Assembly (NCBI GenBank): GCA_002633005.1
Contig: NMRA01000044.1
Span: 198,182 to 262,181, forward strand
Reading direction: 5' to 3'
Source of the DNA: Phoronis australis
Lineage: Eukaryota > Animalia > Phoronida
Length of the DNA: 64,000 nucleotides
Translations under genes and position numbers: made by a program
Notes under the pieces: generated by a model
Seen by the model: only the letters and a program-made list of their open reading frames with translations
Told to the model about the DNA's origin: nothing
Database searches by the model: none
Shown here: positions 49,592 to 64,000 of the stretch, one piece after another
Position numbering within the stretch: position 1 is the stretch's first letter
Layout: each line of letters opens with the position of its first letter

Positions 49592-52500
49592 CTACCCATT
49601 AAGTAAGGTAACCATCAGCGGGGGTATTAGTGCTAGTATTGTCCTGTGCAGTGTGGTGGCACCACTAGTGTCACCCTCTCGTGAACTTTGACCTACTCCC
49701 CCAGCAGACAAGGCAACAGAATCTTTAGTTGAATCCTCATAAAAATCTTGCCCTTTTTCTGATTCTGAAATGAGAGAAATTACATCGGGTTAAAAACGTA
49801 AATATATACAGAGAGCTTTGAACAAGTTTCCCCAGGTGGAGTAAGTGAACCACTAGTCTCTTATGACAAAGGAGATTATTAAAGACCAGTGGCAGACTGA
49901 GAGGGGGGCCAAGAGGGCCATGGCCCCCCAAAATTCTCCCAGATTCCGTTAGGCAGTTCGGGGGTGCGAATGTCTGACAGGCAAAATCCTGGGTAATATT
50001 CTGCCCTGCCCCCCCCCCCCTATNCCCCCCCCCCCGTAACTCAAAATCCTGGATCCGCCCCTGAAGCCCAGCTTGCCACGGTAACACTTGTAAATGTGTA
50101 TCCTACAGTATATTAACAGCATTGCTCTGAGCTCACTAGTTCCATAAATTGTCAAATGTAATGAACTGTTAGGGATACTGGTTTGCTTTTGTCTAGGTCA
50201 CCGGGAGTATCACCTTTTAATTCAAACACTCCCATGCAGTGGTGTTCTATTCAGACCCCTATTCAATACAACTGTTATCGACCTTTTGTTGTTTATGCAG
50301 GAATCTCGCGGCAACTTCACCTATCATCTGATGGTCCTACATTTGCGTGATTAAACTTGTGTTTTCTTATTTTACTAAGGCTTTGCTAGGAATACCTGGT
50401 TAGCCCAATACATCTCAAATAACAAAATTCCGTTGACCGTTGAAGTTGGGGTTTAATCATGATATTACAGCAACTTCTTATTCCTCATTTCAGTGTAACA
50501 GCTGAAGTGTGATTGATGCATTAACACCAGTCAGTTTTGGACATAAAAACCATACACCTGGGCCCACGACCTAATCTCCAAACTCGAAACAGTGCAATTC
50601 AAAAACACAAAGTTTATCGATTATTCTGTTGTACTCAAGTAAGTTAAAATTGAGTGTATTGATGACTGTGATTTGAGATACTAACTCGAAATAAAAATTA
50701 GATCAAGATCAGTAAAAACTCAACATTTTGATAAAACTTGAGATTTTCAGTTCACTCTAATAAGGTTTAACTCTGGGGTCATCAAGTGCAAACTAAGCTT
50801 AGATAGTCATCCTTGTAAAACAAAATGTACTTGAGCACAGATTTTTGCTTCATAACTACCCAGGCTGGTACTGTGCAGATGAATTACACAACAAGTAATG
50901 AAATTTGGTTAACAGTTCAACAACGTAAACGTTGAAACGTTGCAACTGCTCATGCAAAATTGAAAAGAGAACAGAAAGTTGCGTTGCTTCAGATTTTTAA
51001 TATTTAAATTTTAATGAAATGTTCAGAAGTGTGGAAAATTTGCTTAACAGTGCAAAGGTAGAGAATTTTGTGATCAAAATTCGGGTTGTGAACCGGCTCT
51101 GCCAACAGATACTGTATTGAATACAGTAATCTAAGAAAATAATACTAAATTTATGAATTGTTGTTTCAGTATACACCCTCAGTGCTAATTGTTAGAAGAC
51201 ATTTATGAGATTCCAAACAGATGAAATCTTAACCAAGATGTAAGAGCTATAAGGAAAAATGGACATCAGATCAAGATGAGCAAAATTCAAGAAATCCATA
51301 TTTAATATTATTAGAGTGTATGCATTAACTCTATTCTCAATCGATACTTTGAAAATTGACACTGATTTTATCGCATATTCACTCAAGGTACATGTTTCAG
51401 GAAACTAACTGGTAAATGGTTCACAAATCCTAAGTACTAAGCTTTGCAATTAACTGTGGAACTGAGTACATTAAGTATGTGTTATTTTAAAGCATTTTGG
51501 AATCTGTAGCAAATTTGCACTAACATAACAGTCGGTAGCATATCGGCTTTCAATGACACCTATCCACAATCAAAGCCAACGTACCTAGTACTTGAGTGTT
51601 ATTTGATTGTGGAACAGGAGACCAGCCATGTAATTAGCCACATGTTGACAGACAAGCTGATCATGACATGCTGAAGAGGGGGAATGATGGGAAGAAATGT
51701 CTCAAACATGCGATTATCATGCAGAAAGTGCAAGCACCATCAGTATCTGTCGCACACACTTTACCCACAATGCAATGTCACATGCAAGCACAGGCAAGTT
51801 TGGTGATGGCTTTTAGTTAACCATTAGGATAAAGCACTCTTGAAAGTCAAAATTTTGATATAGAACAAGACAACGTGGCACGAAGGAATCCTCGTCAGCA
51901 GTAGGTACACCCTACCATCAAAAACTTATGAACAGTAAGTTCTTATGCGTATACTCTCATTTACAAGTACTTAATACTTTGGGCATTTAAATTGAAACTT
52001 TTCTGACGTTGATGATTTACGCTTACTGATGTTCAGTTTTTTAAGGCAGAAATGATTGTACTTAAGTTATTGCTCAATTCAGATGATCTCTTCCACCTCG
52101 ATACAGTTTTGTGTTCAGGTGCACAGAGTGAGATGCTGCAGTCTACTTGACCTCAGAAACTGACCACAAAGGTGACACCACCAAGTCGTCTCGTCCGGGT
52201 CAAATAGTATCAAGTAAATGGCACAGAATTTTGTGAACAAGTAATAGATGGAACTGGATCACAACACGCCAAGGTGATAACGAAAGTTGGCCATTTATGA
52301 CCCACCAAAGCAGCGCTGATCATAAATTTAATAATATCATGACAGAATATATACACACAATGTCAATTGAACTCAGGGACAACTGTGGTGAAATTTGACG
52401 AAAACTGCAATCCACTTCCAAAACCGATTTAATGTAAAAAAACGCTGCTTGAAAACTACTTAACATTCTCAAATTTAGATTCTTCAACGTCATAAAGGAA

Positions 52501-55500
52501 GAAGTCATTTCCCACCATGCTATTGAAATCTGTGCTCTTAGTGGTTTAACAGACTAGTATGATAAGAAAGGGTCAATATCCTATTGGTAATCACATCCTT
52601 TCAGGGTAAACCGCCCAACGGTTGCAAGTCACAACAACAACAGCATTATAATTTCTCAAGGTTGACCTTAAAATGCTAATAGCCACTTATTCCTCTAAGC
52701 CCACACTCACTCCTCGTAAGTGGGTGGGTAAGTATGAAAATTATTATTTTGCGTTTTGCATTTTTCAGTTCTACAAGAAATATTAGCAGCAATAGAAAGA
52801 GAATTCAACATTGCGTCTCAGAGATTGTTGAAATTGCATCCCATATCAACTTTTCATGGACAGGGGTACTCACTTTTGTTGAAAATAAATTAAATACTGA
52901 CACCAAAAATGTTTTGGTAAGATTTTCAAAAAATTTTGATGAACACTGACTGACATCTGAAGACAAAACGATTGATTGATGTATTTTCATTATGTTATCA
53001 TATACATTGGTTATTAAGACCCATACTACTAAACTATTCCGAGTCAGAGTTTGTTTTATAAAATTTCTCAAAAAAACGAACGTTTACGAGAAACTTACTT
53101 GAAATTTGTGTAGAGCAATAGTCGTAAATTAAATTTTTTAGTTTTTTACCATTTAAAGCACTGAAACCTGCCAAGTTAAAAAAACAATTTTGGCAACTAT
53201 TTTTGTACAAAATCACTGCAGAAATGTCTGAAGCAACTTTAATCAAGCATTAGTTTTTAGAACATCTTTAAAACTTTGAGTATATATGGATATTAAACCC
53301 ACTAAAACAATATATCACGGCAATTAATTAACGAACTAATGGTAACCAAAGCTAAAACAAAGAAATAAGAGATTGGTATTGGTAGAAAAGGCTTACGCAA
53401 TAATCCAAAAATTTAAATTTGAGAATATACCTCACACAGTCTGATAAGAACAAGTTGTTGGAGAAGTAAAACATGACGAGATAAAGTAACAAGATAGACA
53501 AAAGACAAAACAGTATCAAACAAACGATTTCACAATGCTCAGAAATGCCAAAACTTACGATCCAACTCATTAGATGTAGTCGAAACACTGGGTGGTTGTG
53601 ATGAGGACGCTTGAAAAAAATGTTTTAATTTCAAACACATGATTCCATCCTGACACTGTTTTTTCACTTTTATCGAGTTTTTTTTTTGAAAAATTCTGAC
53701 AACAGAGTATTCAGTATCCATAAACCAGTGATTAAACATATGTCTTTAAAAAATTCTTAAGAATATTTATAGTAGAAAATCTGGCTCACAATAAATAATA
53801 CTAGCCCTTTAAATGTCAAAGCATAATGTTCAAGCAACACAACTCCCAAAATGACGGGTGCTATACATTTATCTCGTGAAATTTTATATTAATCACAATT
53901 TCCAGGAGTTTTCAACGACCAGCAGTCACTATGTTGTAACGCCATCTCACCTTTGGACATCAATGACAAATATAATTGTGGCGAATTTTGAGACATTCTC
54001 ATCCTCAACAGTTCAACCCAGTACCTCATTCCAGACAGGGTAAAGATGGTATTCAACATTAACCATTTCTTAAGCCATTAACTCCACCCCACTATGCTTC
54101 TTATCCCATTCTTGAGAGTTCAATTGTATGTCCAGGTTATAGCAAAGACACCAAGTTTTACCCTACAGAGAGAACTGTTTGCCAGGAATGAAGTCAGGGT
54201 AGTGAAACAACCCAATGACCAGACCCAGAAATACCCTGGCCAATCTAATGCAAGTCATACTACGGAGTATGTGATTTTGAGGTATCTGAATTTTGATTGT
54301 CTAGTTTGCAAGTTTTTGCATTCAGTTTCTGAGTATGATCACTAGCCATGACAGTATAAGCACTGCAACAACAAAATTCAAAGATTCGACCACCTTTGTG
54401 AATCTGACTATTGAACTGTTATTACGACAATCGATGACTATTCAACTCATTTTGGATTTTCAAGTTCCTGAAGTTTACCAGAATGCATTCCTCACTTCCC
54501 ACAAGCTTTTATGGCCAATTATACGTGAATACATGAACTTCTGATACGACTTCATAAACAAAAGGAATTTTTATTTATCCCATGGAATTTCAACGAAGTG
54601 ATTCCCCGCGTGTCACTGGGTTTCCAGGAAGAGCAGGAACCATGCACTGATTGCAAAAGGCACAAGATTGGGCTACAAACGGGGATAGTAAACTAGGGCT
54701 TTGGGTGTTCAGGATTAGAACACATGGAGTCAACCAAAACACCTGCAACAGTTAGCACTTACTTTTCCTGGGAGGTTTGATGTTGTAGCCCATCTGGCCA
54801 CTTCCACTGCCCGAACCATCCATGTAATCTTCGTCATCCTGGTAAAGTGGCGTAGAGCCCAACTCTCGTGAAGGCTCCTCCGCCAGGTACGGGTCGTAAA
54901 TCTGCAGTGGACGATCAGCTTGATCTGACTGGGGAAGTTCTGACGGCGCGCTACGCTCAAGGCGCTGGAAAGGGAAGAAGATACTTACGGGGTGTAATGA
55001 CTTAGAATGCACGATACCTTATTACGGTGAAGAGCAAGTATCGAATAACACCAACCTCCAAAATAATGAACACTGTCAAACATTTAAACAAATTATCTTT
55101 AATTTTACACATAAATTGACAAATATGAGATATTCGAAACTCACCAACAATTTTGGGAAATAAAAGAAGGGCGAGTTGTACATTAAAACCTCTCCTATTC
55201 CCGTCTCATTAAAGCACAGGGGCCACAAAAAAGATTACTCACATTCACTAAAATCTGGGTCAAAATGTAGCTTAAATAGTAAGGGAAACTAAGTGGACCT
55301 TAAAGTGATAGCTACATGAAATTAAGCTTGTGAATATGTGAACTAATACACGCTAGTATACCTTGTGATTACCTGGTCACAGTCAGCCCAGTTAAAATTA
55401 GTGTGATTATAAGACTAGACATTAGTGAACAAGATTTTCTATTTACATTTTCACCACTTCAACTACAGAAGACAATAATGTACTCAGAAGGTGCACAGGC

Positions 55501-58500
55501 ACACGATTGTTTGCCACAAAGACCCGAGAACGTCAGTGCCACCTGGCTAGGTAGTCCTCCTTCATAGCAGATTTTGCAGAAGCAGACAACAGATTTTACA
55601 AATGCGAGAAAAAAATTCAATTTAGGAAACAATGGGAAAACATTTTTGTGTAATTTCCTAATACATGTTACAGTGCTTAACTTGTTTTCAAGAACATGAT
55701 AAAAGTGACGACTTATCCAAATGACCATTTATGATTAAGTTAGGCATGTAACTGGAAGCATGTGAAAGCTGATAATTCATGCAGACAAACGAGTCGGGTG
55801 AGGTCGAGAAAATTCTGTTTCATTGTTGCTTAAATTTCCAGAATATGTGCCAAGTAAAACGCTTTTGAAAAACAGAATAAATTTTGCAACTAAAGATTTT
55901 TAGCACTGCGTGAGAAAAATACTATGCAGTCTCAGATAGAAGACTACAAGGGCCATCAGTCCCATATGGCCAGTTACCATGGCAATGCAATGACTTTCCA
56001 CTGGCTGCTGGCAAACAGGTAATCCAATGAGAATTAAAACAGTTTTTCAAGGTTAAAATCCTGATAACTGAACAAGTGCAAGGGTTGGCAAATAAAATAG
56101 AACCATTCTACAATTTCCGTTCAACGTACAGCTGAATGATTTCATAAATGTCGGTTAGAGGTTTCTATGAAAACATGCATGTAACTTCATCCCTAAAGGG
56201 TTATCTAGACTACATAGATGGTAACTAATTACTTGACAGTTGGGAGGAATGGGTCGGAATATTTCATCACGCACAATGCAAGTCAAAAGGAATGCGCCAA
56301 GATATGTGAAAAAAATGGGTAACATTAGTAATTCTTCTCCTGTGAAGCTAGTAACAGCAACTTCTGTGAAATCTCACCAATTTTGGACAAAAAGAATTTC
56401 CAAAAATGCCCTTGTCATTTTGAAAGACTTCTAAAATTTTGAATTGTCAACAACTTTTCACCACATTGTCGGTTGGTAGCTAGGCTACATAAATTGAATG
56501 TACCAAGCATTATTTTGGTGCTAATACTCTTTCATAAAAATAATATTTCTCGTCTGTCATATTGTGTCCTAAATTGGTGATTTTATGTTCTCTAGTATAC
56601 GGATGCATGCTTTCTCAGGTTGGGGTAAAAAAACTAAATCTGGGTGTTGGGTATTGTCTTATGCTCCACTATTTCCAAACGGTGGTCTAATGCCATGTGA
56701 AGGGGACACATCAATGTCTTACCAGTAAACGTGCACCGAGGAACAATCCTCAAGCAGACATGATCACAGGGAATTGGTAAAATTAGCAATAAATTAGAGA
56801 AAATTAGACCGACACAAAGATGAACATCTCTTTGACAAAAAGAAGAAAGTCTCCACAACAGAAAAAAAAGTTTCGATGTTCTTCAAAGTTTACGAGAACC
56901 AGGTTTATATAGTGAGAATAGCAACAAGGCTCAAGGTGTTGACTTTTGTGCATTCCGTATCTGAAATGCTCAACATTTGGCGTAACCATTGTACTCAACA
57001 GCAATTTCCACACTCCTCAAAAATAAAACTTATGAACCTGCAAAGTTACTAAGTGAAACAAAAAACTCAGAAACCATTGACACAGCAAGAGCAGATCCAG
57101 AACTCTGCTCCATTCACAAACTGTCTCATTTGTTAACTTACACGTATGGACTGACTTACCTCTGCTTGAGGTGGGCCCAGCACCCTAAAGCTGTCCTACC
57201 AGATCAACCCGTGGACAGAAATGACAGACTGTTACTCTAAAAAGGGCTGTACACCGGCAACAGGCACTAGTAATACCAAAACGAACTGTATTTGGATTCA
57301 TCATATCAATTGCATTTCACAGTAACAACTGTTCTTTATAATGTCCGTCCCATCAAGTCTTACAGAAGATATTCAACAGAAAAATGACAGTTGTATTTAT
57401 TTGTCTCAACAGAGCCAATGCAGACAGACAAAGGGTAAACTACCTATAATCCCTGGTAAAAAATATTGAATAATTGCTGCAGAAATGTGTGAATAAAAAT
57501 TTCATTTTTTGCTTTCCCGTACAGGTATAAATATTGTTTCAATACATGAAAAAATAATAGGTGTGTCAGCATCGGTATCACGCCTTTTTCACGTGATGTA
57601 CAGCCCTTCTTGTGTGCCAATGAAATCTCAGTAGTTTTAGTCATCAAATTAACGTGCCCAACACGCGAGAACAGTCCGTGAAAATCACACTCCAGCAGAC
57701 AGTGGCCCGAATGAGCCACCGTATCATAAATCCGGACAGTCATTACAATATACTGCAAAAAAAAAAACAGCAGTCCCGTACATATAAAGTAAGAGAATGC
57801 TAAATTGATAGATCTACTTTTCATAGACCGTGTATCATGCACTGATGGTGTTCGATTGGTGGCTCATTCGGTCACATGACCTCCAGGCGAAACACGATTT
57901 CTATCGATAGTACATACCATGCACGTGAGAACAGCTCACCAGTTGTGATTGTACATTTAAAGATAAACAATATGCGATTTGGATATCAACTAGAATTCTA
58001 TGTTTTAACAACCAATTCTAAGTTGCATAAAACGAAAACGAAATGATCACTTGGGAAACTTGATAACTTTTTTTGAGACTTCATCCTGAACATTTATAAC
58101 AAATAAAACTTGGTCTTCTCATCGATGCAATAGTTTTCCTATGAATGATTTTTTGCTTAATTTTACTTTGAGTTCAATTTCATAGTTTTGCAGATATTTG
58201 GCAGAACAGACTAACTTGTCGATACGACCTTACATAACTTGAAGTGGTAATTAATTCAAGACACTTAAGTACACCTTGCAAGTTGACATTTTACATATTT
58301 TGATCAAGTTTAACAAGCTACCACAGAATGAGAACATGGATAAATGCGACCAAATATATTGAATATTTTTTAACCAAACAGATCCTAATTGAGACACACG
58401 CCTTTAAATGGTCAGAACAGTGTATAACTAATAAGTTGATCATGTGGATCCTAGCTACTCCCTCCCAAGTCCCAGTCCTGTTTTCGTAGATAAAAATAAT

Positions 58501-60306
58501 CATGGTCTTGACATTGTAACTGACCCAGGTTGACCCGGATTATTTCATGCACTACATTGTTCTGCATCCTGCTCCTTGACTTAAATGAAATTGAATAGAA
58601 GAACCTATTGAAGTAAATATCATATTTAAAGGGGAAGTTTGTTAATTTAAAAAACATTTTCCTAGAATACATATCACGACCGCTATTACCACAGTGTCAA
58701 ATGTGTCAGGAAACCATAAAAAAAAACTATGGCAAAACTGCAGCCGTTTCCAATTTTAGCTTTAATTTTAATTGCGCAGTTGTACAAAAGTGTGGGACAA
58801 AACTGTACTAATACATTTTGGTTTCATTTTAAGATTTTCCGTAAATATCAACTTTTCAAAAGAAAGCACTTTGCACAGATTCTCCTTCACATTTTCCAAA
58901 GAATACTTCAATCTACAAATGTTGATTTTCCTATTGACATATGCAATAGAAATTTTAGGAATAATTTCACACTATAAATTTAAACTGCTAATTGAAGTAT
59001 AAAAAGTGAACCTCTTGCCCAATCAACTTCAAGTGTAATTCTTAGTAATTCAACTTTGCTCGCCATTTCATGGCATACCACTAAAAATTCAGATTTCATA
59101 ATTAAATTTAAACCTGAAAACCCGCCATCCATCAAAAAAATAATTTAGAGCCCTTATCATTATAAGACTGGACTCAACTCGTCATTTCTCAGATTAGAGG
59201 TGACGTATAGGATTGGGCAAATTGAGAATTCATTTTCACTTGAGTTCAGGCTTGAGTTGGCTCATTACGGCTGGTTACTTTACGCGCCAAGCAATGTCTT
59301 GAACAATATCAAATTCGCTCCTTTTCATGCACATCGAGAAATGACTACTCCTTTAACAACAAACAAAGTGAGCCCAGTTTTATAAGAATAAGTGATGTAA
59401 ATCAAAACCTATTTCTTTGATGAGGATGAATTATAGCAGCTTTACAGAAAAACATATATTTTGAATTCTGTTAACTTTGAAAAAAGTGGTATCTAACATA
59501 TTACAGGAGAATATTTTGGGAACAACGGTGGACTCATTTCCTTAAAGCGGTTATAAACCTGCCTTCCATCATAAAAACAGCTTTGAATTTAAACCATACA
59601 TGGTCTCACATTGTTCCTTAGTCAAATCGGAGATGATTTTGGGGCCTCAAAAAAGCTAACAGTTGGTTAGTGCTTGAGACCAGGCTCTACAAGATGACTT
59701 GTCACAGTGTGTAATAACACTGTACTGTCATTTCCTTACAAACCTAGAAATCACTTCCTATCTGAGAAATGAACAAGTCGAGACCAAGTTTATAGCGGCA
59801 AGTGGTCTGCATCAAAAGTTGCTTCATGGACAGAAAGCGGGTTTTTAATCGCTTTAAAAATCTACTTTCTTAAGTTTTTATCTACAATTAGGTGGCAGAG
59901 AGTATTTTTGAGGTACTAGGTAAATTTAGAGGCAAGTCTGGGTTAGGCTTAACTTCTCAATTTAATTGCGAAAAAAGCATTATAGATCATAAGTAGGAGA
60001 CAAACAGAATGTAGTTGGTGGACTTTCTGAGTCACTAATTAATACTTCAAACAGCATCTACCATTAGAATTTATGCAATATTGGGGACTGAAAAGCAAAA
60101 ACCATGACACAAGACATCGTTCCCCAATAAATTTACTTGTACTGTGCTTATAAAGCTATTCTCGCTGTACTCGTCAACCTACCTTGGTGTTTTCTTCCAG
60201 TTTCTGTGTCAGTAACGTCACCTGTTGGTTCCTTTTGGTGACCTTGACCTCGGGGTTATTCACCAGCTGTTCGTTTAGATTAACCGGCGTCACTGGCTTA
60301 GTGTAG
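49592..60306 (-). CDS. Glypican, GPC3/5 (dally-like) subfamily, 3' exons only
   Basis: Exons (-): 60306-60183 (YTKPVTPVNLNEQLVNNPEVKVTKRNQQVTLLTQKLEENTK; NPEVKV motif and exon end resemble GPC5), 54964-54763 (acidic DDEDYMD plus GSGSGSG heparan-sulfate attachment sites), 53609-53559 (S/T-rich) and 49764-49592 (GPI signal TSGATTLHRTILALIPPLMVTLLNG*). Splice phases match throughout. Probable long 3'UTR to the AATAAA at 47163-47168. The Cys-rich core exons lie beyond the window end. Confidence 0.85.
49887..50063. mobile_element. Short non-autonomous TIR element (CAGTGGC...GATCCGCCCCTG)
   Basis: Ends CAGTGGCAGACTGAGAGGGGGGCC and CAAAATCCTGGATCCGCCCCTG; same end type as 16179-16992. Confidence 0.55.
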
Positions 60307-63300
60307 CTGAAAAATTGTGACACGATTAAATGACTTATGGTAATGTTTATTTAATTCTTTAAATCAAAATGTAATTGATAGAGATACGTGTAAATGAACC
60401 GACACCCAAAAACTTATTACTGCCTTTTTCCCAGTTTAGTTGGCTAAAAACAAAGTCCACTTTCTCATAAAATCCATCTAGTGACATTCCCTACCATGAT
60501 AACATTCAGTTTCTGTTACCAACAAGAATATCAAAACGATCAGTAACTCAAGAAAATGCTTCAGACTTTATTGGGGCTGGCCAAACATAAAATTGGAAAG
60601 TCAAAAATAACGCATGTATGCATCATGTCTGTGCTTCGAATCTTATCACTTTAAGGAATGTTCCAAGACTCATTTATGAGAATAAAAGGCGCAGTTCGAT
60701 TTTAGTTTTTACGCAGCTTAACAGGATGAAATGCAGCCTCAAGTCTAGGTGAATTATTCATGGGGCGCCGCATTTCAAGACAGAAGACACATGTGAGACA
60801 CTAGCATAGAAAAATTTGGGTTGAAGGTTATTCCAAAAAAATTGTGCACTTAAACAATGGCTGTGCACACAGCAATTTACACGAATTTCAAATGACTTCC
60901 TGCTATTTGAAAGGCTGTTGTCAACATGCCTGCATTGCTTACATGCATTATAAATCTATCAAATCACACCCCATAGTTTTACCACAAAGCAAAGCCAACT
61001 CACCCACTATACTGAGTGGATCAGCTGCCTATAATATCATTTCAAAGTTCTGAAAATGTTTATTCATTGTTCCGTTGGGTGTAGAGAAAACTTTCACTCA
61101 TGCAACATCATCCTTCACTCGTGTGATTTTGCTAGGAAATGTGTGAACTCGCCAAGCGGGCACTATGCAACGCAACCCAAGCAATTTTTAATTAACATAT
61201 TGAAATGTACTGACTCACTTATCCCTGTACATATCAACTCCTACCAATAGCCCACAAATCTTGCTGATTTCATTGCATTGAAAGTGCTGGCATCGACTTG
61301 GAGAAGTATTTGATACAGGTAATAAAAGAGTATCCGGCATTTTAATACGCAAAATATAAATGTAGAATAATTGGCATTATGCCCAGGAAGCATTGCATCT
61401 AGGCATATAGAGTATCCATTCCGCTCAGGCACTGAACTCAGTTCACATGGGTCAATTAAGATGTGGTGCCTGGTTTGTTAATTAAATGATAAAAAAATGA
61501 ACAAGTTGAAAGAAACGAATACCCATGCACATTCCACTCAGTGGTTATCACTGCTCGAAATCAAATGGGGAGCTGAAACCTAAAACAATACCTTAGTCAT
61601 TGGCACTTGTAATGTGGTCCTCCATAGTTCCCCAACTTACTGGTGGACCAGCTCACCACTGGGGCAGAATGGGTCTCACATGGGCAGACAGTATTTGGCA
61701 TAGACACCAAATTGGCAAAGTATTTGATTATGAAATACGAAGAGAGTGAGTATCAAGTTGGTAGAGTTGCAGGAAATTCCAGATTTTCATGTTACCATAC
61801 TCCCACGGAACCAGAAAATCTAGAATTCATACTCACTTGCTTTATTTAAGGCACAATTTGCAAGGTAGAAGATCAAGTTATTCTCGTAGTACTTACATGT
61901 TATGCCGAAAGTTAATAATTGTGAAGTTATCAGGACTTGGAATGACCAATGACAAACAAAAGAGGAACACGTATCGTCCCACAATATGTAATAAATTTTG
62001 TGTTGTAAGATTTAATTGAAATAAATGTTTTTGCATGAATGAAGTCAAAATAATGATAAAAAGAGACAAATAAGAGGAAACTGGAAATCAAATAAGAGAA
62101 AATCAAAACCAAAAAAGGGGAAATTCTCTTACTGAGGAAAATTCTAAGCCCTGAGTTATCTTCAAGCAACAACTTTATGGTTATTTTGCTAATTATTACA
62201 TATTTCAATTTTACAGAAGAAAAAATTTAAAATATTTTATAATTTAACAAATAAAATAAAGAAAATGACAGCAACTAAATCTTTCCCTAAAATACAGTCT
62301 TATACACTAACTGTCAAATAAAGAATCCAGAAATTTAAATCTAAATTCTACAAACATTAAACTAACTTAGATCAGTACCTATCTAAGATCAATATTTATT
62401 CTACTCAGGCCAATTTTCCTTGGTGCCTCCTGGCTCATATAAAATCCATTTTTCATCTACCGTTATAAACATTCCGCAAAGCCTTTATCAGCACCCTCTG
62501 AACACCTGAGGCTGGCAAACAAAAAATGTGCACTATTCAAGGAAAGATAACAGCAGGTGATATGAGCTCTGCTGGACACACACAAAGACTAAAATTAATG
62601 ATAGGTCTTTCGATATCAAAGGCAACGTGTTTATCAATGTTATATCAATGATAGAATAAACGGCGTAATCACAAGAAGCCTTACTTCACCAATAGCTACA
62701 TATACGTGGATTGTCCACCAAGGCTTTACGCACACAAGAGCGTTTTTTATGGCATCACCTGTCTCAACAGAGATTGAAAAAATATTTCATGCTCACTAAC
62801 CCAACAGAAAGAGATGAAAATTTTCTTAACAATGGTGTTTATTTGACTTTCATGGAAGGGTTGTACCAAGCTACTGCAAGGGAGTGTATGACAAACTCAC
62901 TTTAAATAAAACCTGTTGAATGTCAATTTCATGAACAGAAAATTCAAACCGTGTCTCACTTAATTAAAAAATAAAAAAGAAAATCAATTCATTCTTGTCT
63001 TCGTACATTACAAGAAATTATGAAATTAACAAATCACAGTTCATAAACTATAAACCATTTGTTGCTTACTTTCACTTTTCAATCCAAAGAAAACAAAAAG
63101 CCAAAAAACAATCTTGAATTTTCCCAACCACCTATTTGATAATCAAACTGATCAACAGGTGATATCTGGTCCAAGGTAAAAAGTAGAGCAGGTACAAAGT
63201 CACATCCATGATACTCACAATACAGCCAAATACAAAAACACAACGGTCCATATTTCAGCCATCTCAAGTCTTAGTCAAGCAATGACTTCCAAAACGTTTG

Positions 63301-64000
63301 TCAAACAAATGTTCTCAATCAAACAATCAAGAGGTTTAAATACAAGTTCCCCACTGTAATCATATAAGGACATGCAACTACAGTGTCATATCCGGACTGT
63401 GACAGGACTGATAAGGACCTCTGACATCACGGGGGTAGTCTCCTGTGTTGAAGGAAGAAATGAACCAGTGAGAGGCAGGAAAGAGACACAGAACAGAGCC
63501 CTTTTGTTGGCTAACAGTGTAGACAAATAGGAAGGAAATGTCTTTGGAGTTGCCTGCATTAAGTACAAGGAAAGAATTATTTTCAAATACCGCTAGCTCA
63601 CATGTCTGGCCCGTTCGGGGAGCCTGGGAGCAATGGTTCCATAGTTGATGTTCTATAGTAAAAATAGGCAGTAATTTGATAACCAAGTTTTCTAATGTTC
63701 AGCATTCGATTTGGCGGCCTGCAGGTCACCAATGCAACCTTAGATTGTGTTTGGCGATCTGGGAAAAATTCCATGTCGCCACGAAGTCACCACTGTGATT
63801 ATCAAAATCAGACAACAATTCCCTTAAAATTCATTTCAAAGTCCATGTTTTCCTAGATTTATTTAATACCTTTGATTCACAATTGTTCCAATTATTGCGT
63901 GAAATCCCCGCATTTGCCACCACGTTTAAATTACAACAGGAAGTAAACAAACGGAAGTCAGAATTGTTCAGCAAAAATCGGCCAAGATCGGCAAAATTCG

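Noticed and set aside
52080-52320. Terminal glypican exon candidate
   Set aside because: Weak acceptor and no convincing GPI signal; 49764-49592 fits much better.
54752-55012. Syndecan or perlecan call for the GSGSGSG exon
   Set aside because: The upstream NPEVKV exon and downstream GPI-signal exon splice in frame, and no syndecan TM/EFYA tail was found; it is a glypican.
57707-57871. 14-bp inverted repeat (CCGAATGAGCCACC) as a structured RNA
   Set aside because: No further pairing or RNA-family motif; most likely part of an old non-autonomous transposon.

Overview
Eukaryotic DNA from an AT-rich, intron-rich invertebrate animal; the species cannot be identified from sequence alone. Five protein-coding loci were rebuilt by hand with phase-consistent splice sites. 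(1) The 3' part of THOC2 (+, 575-15550), whose last intron is a minor-spliceosome (U12-type) intron. (2) A complete 7-exon SQSTM1/p62 (-, 18072-23390). (3) Divergent from it, a complete 13-exon SREBP (+, 28625-37859) hosting a perfect miR-33 in intron 10. (4) A 722-aa gene with an uninterrupted CDS (-, 38524-40692) that appears to fuse an IFIT/TTC22-like TPR scaffold to a divergent C-terminal TIR-like domain; this is the most novel item. (5) The 3' exons of a GPC3/5 (dally-type) glypican (-, 49592-60306). Mobile and repeat content includes a Kolobok-type TIR element with a THAP remnant, two Helentron-associated (HINE-like) elements, a decayed Penelope-type hammerhead ribozyme, tRNA-derived SINE heads and MITEs. 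Two 40-bp tandem repeats multiply THOC2 splice sites. All homology calls rest on recognised motifs; no database search was run.
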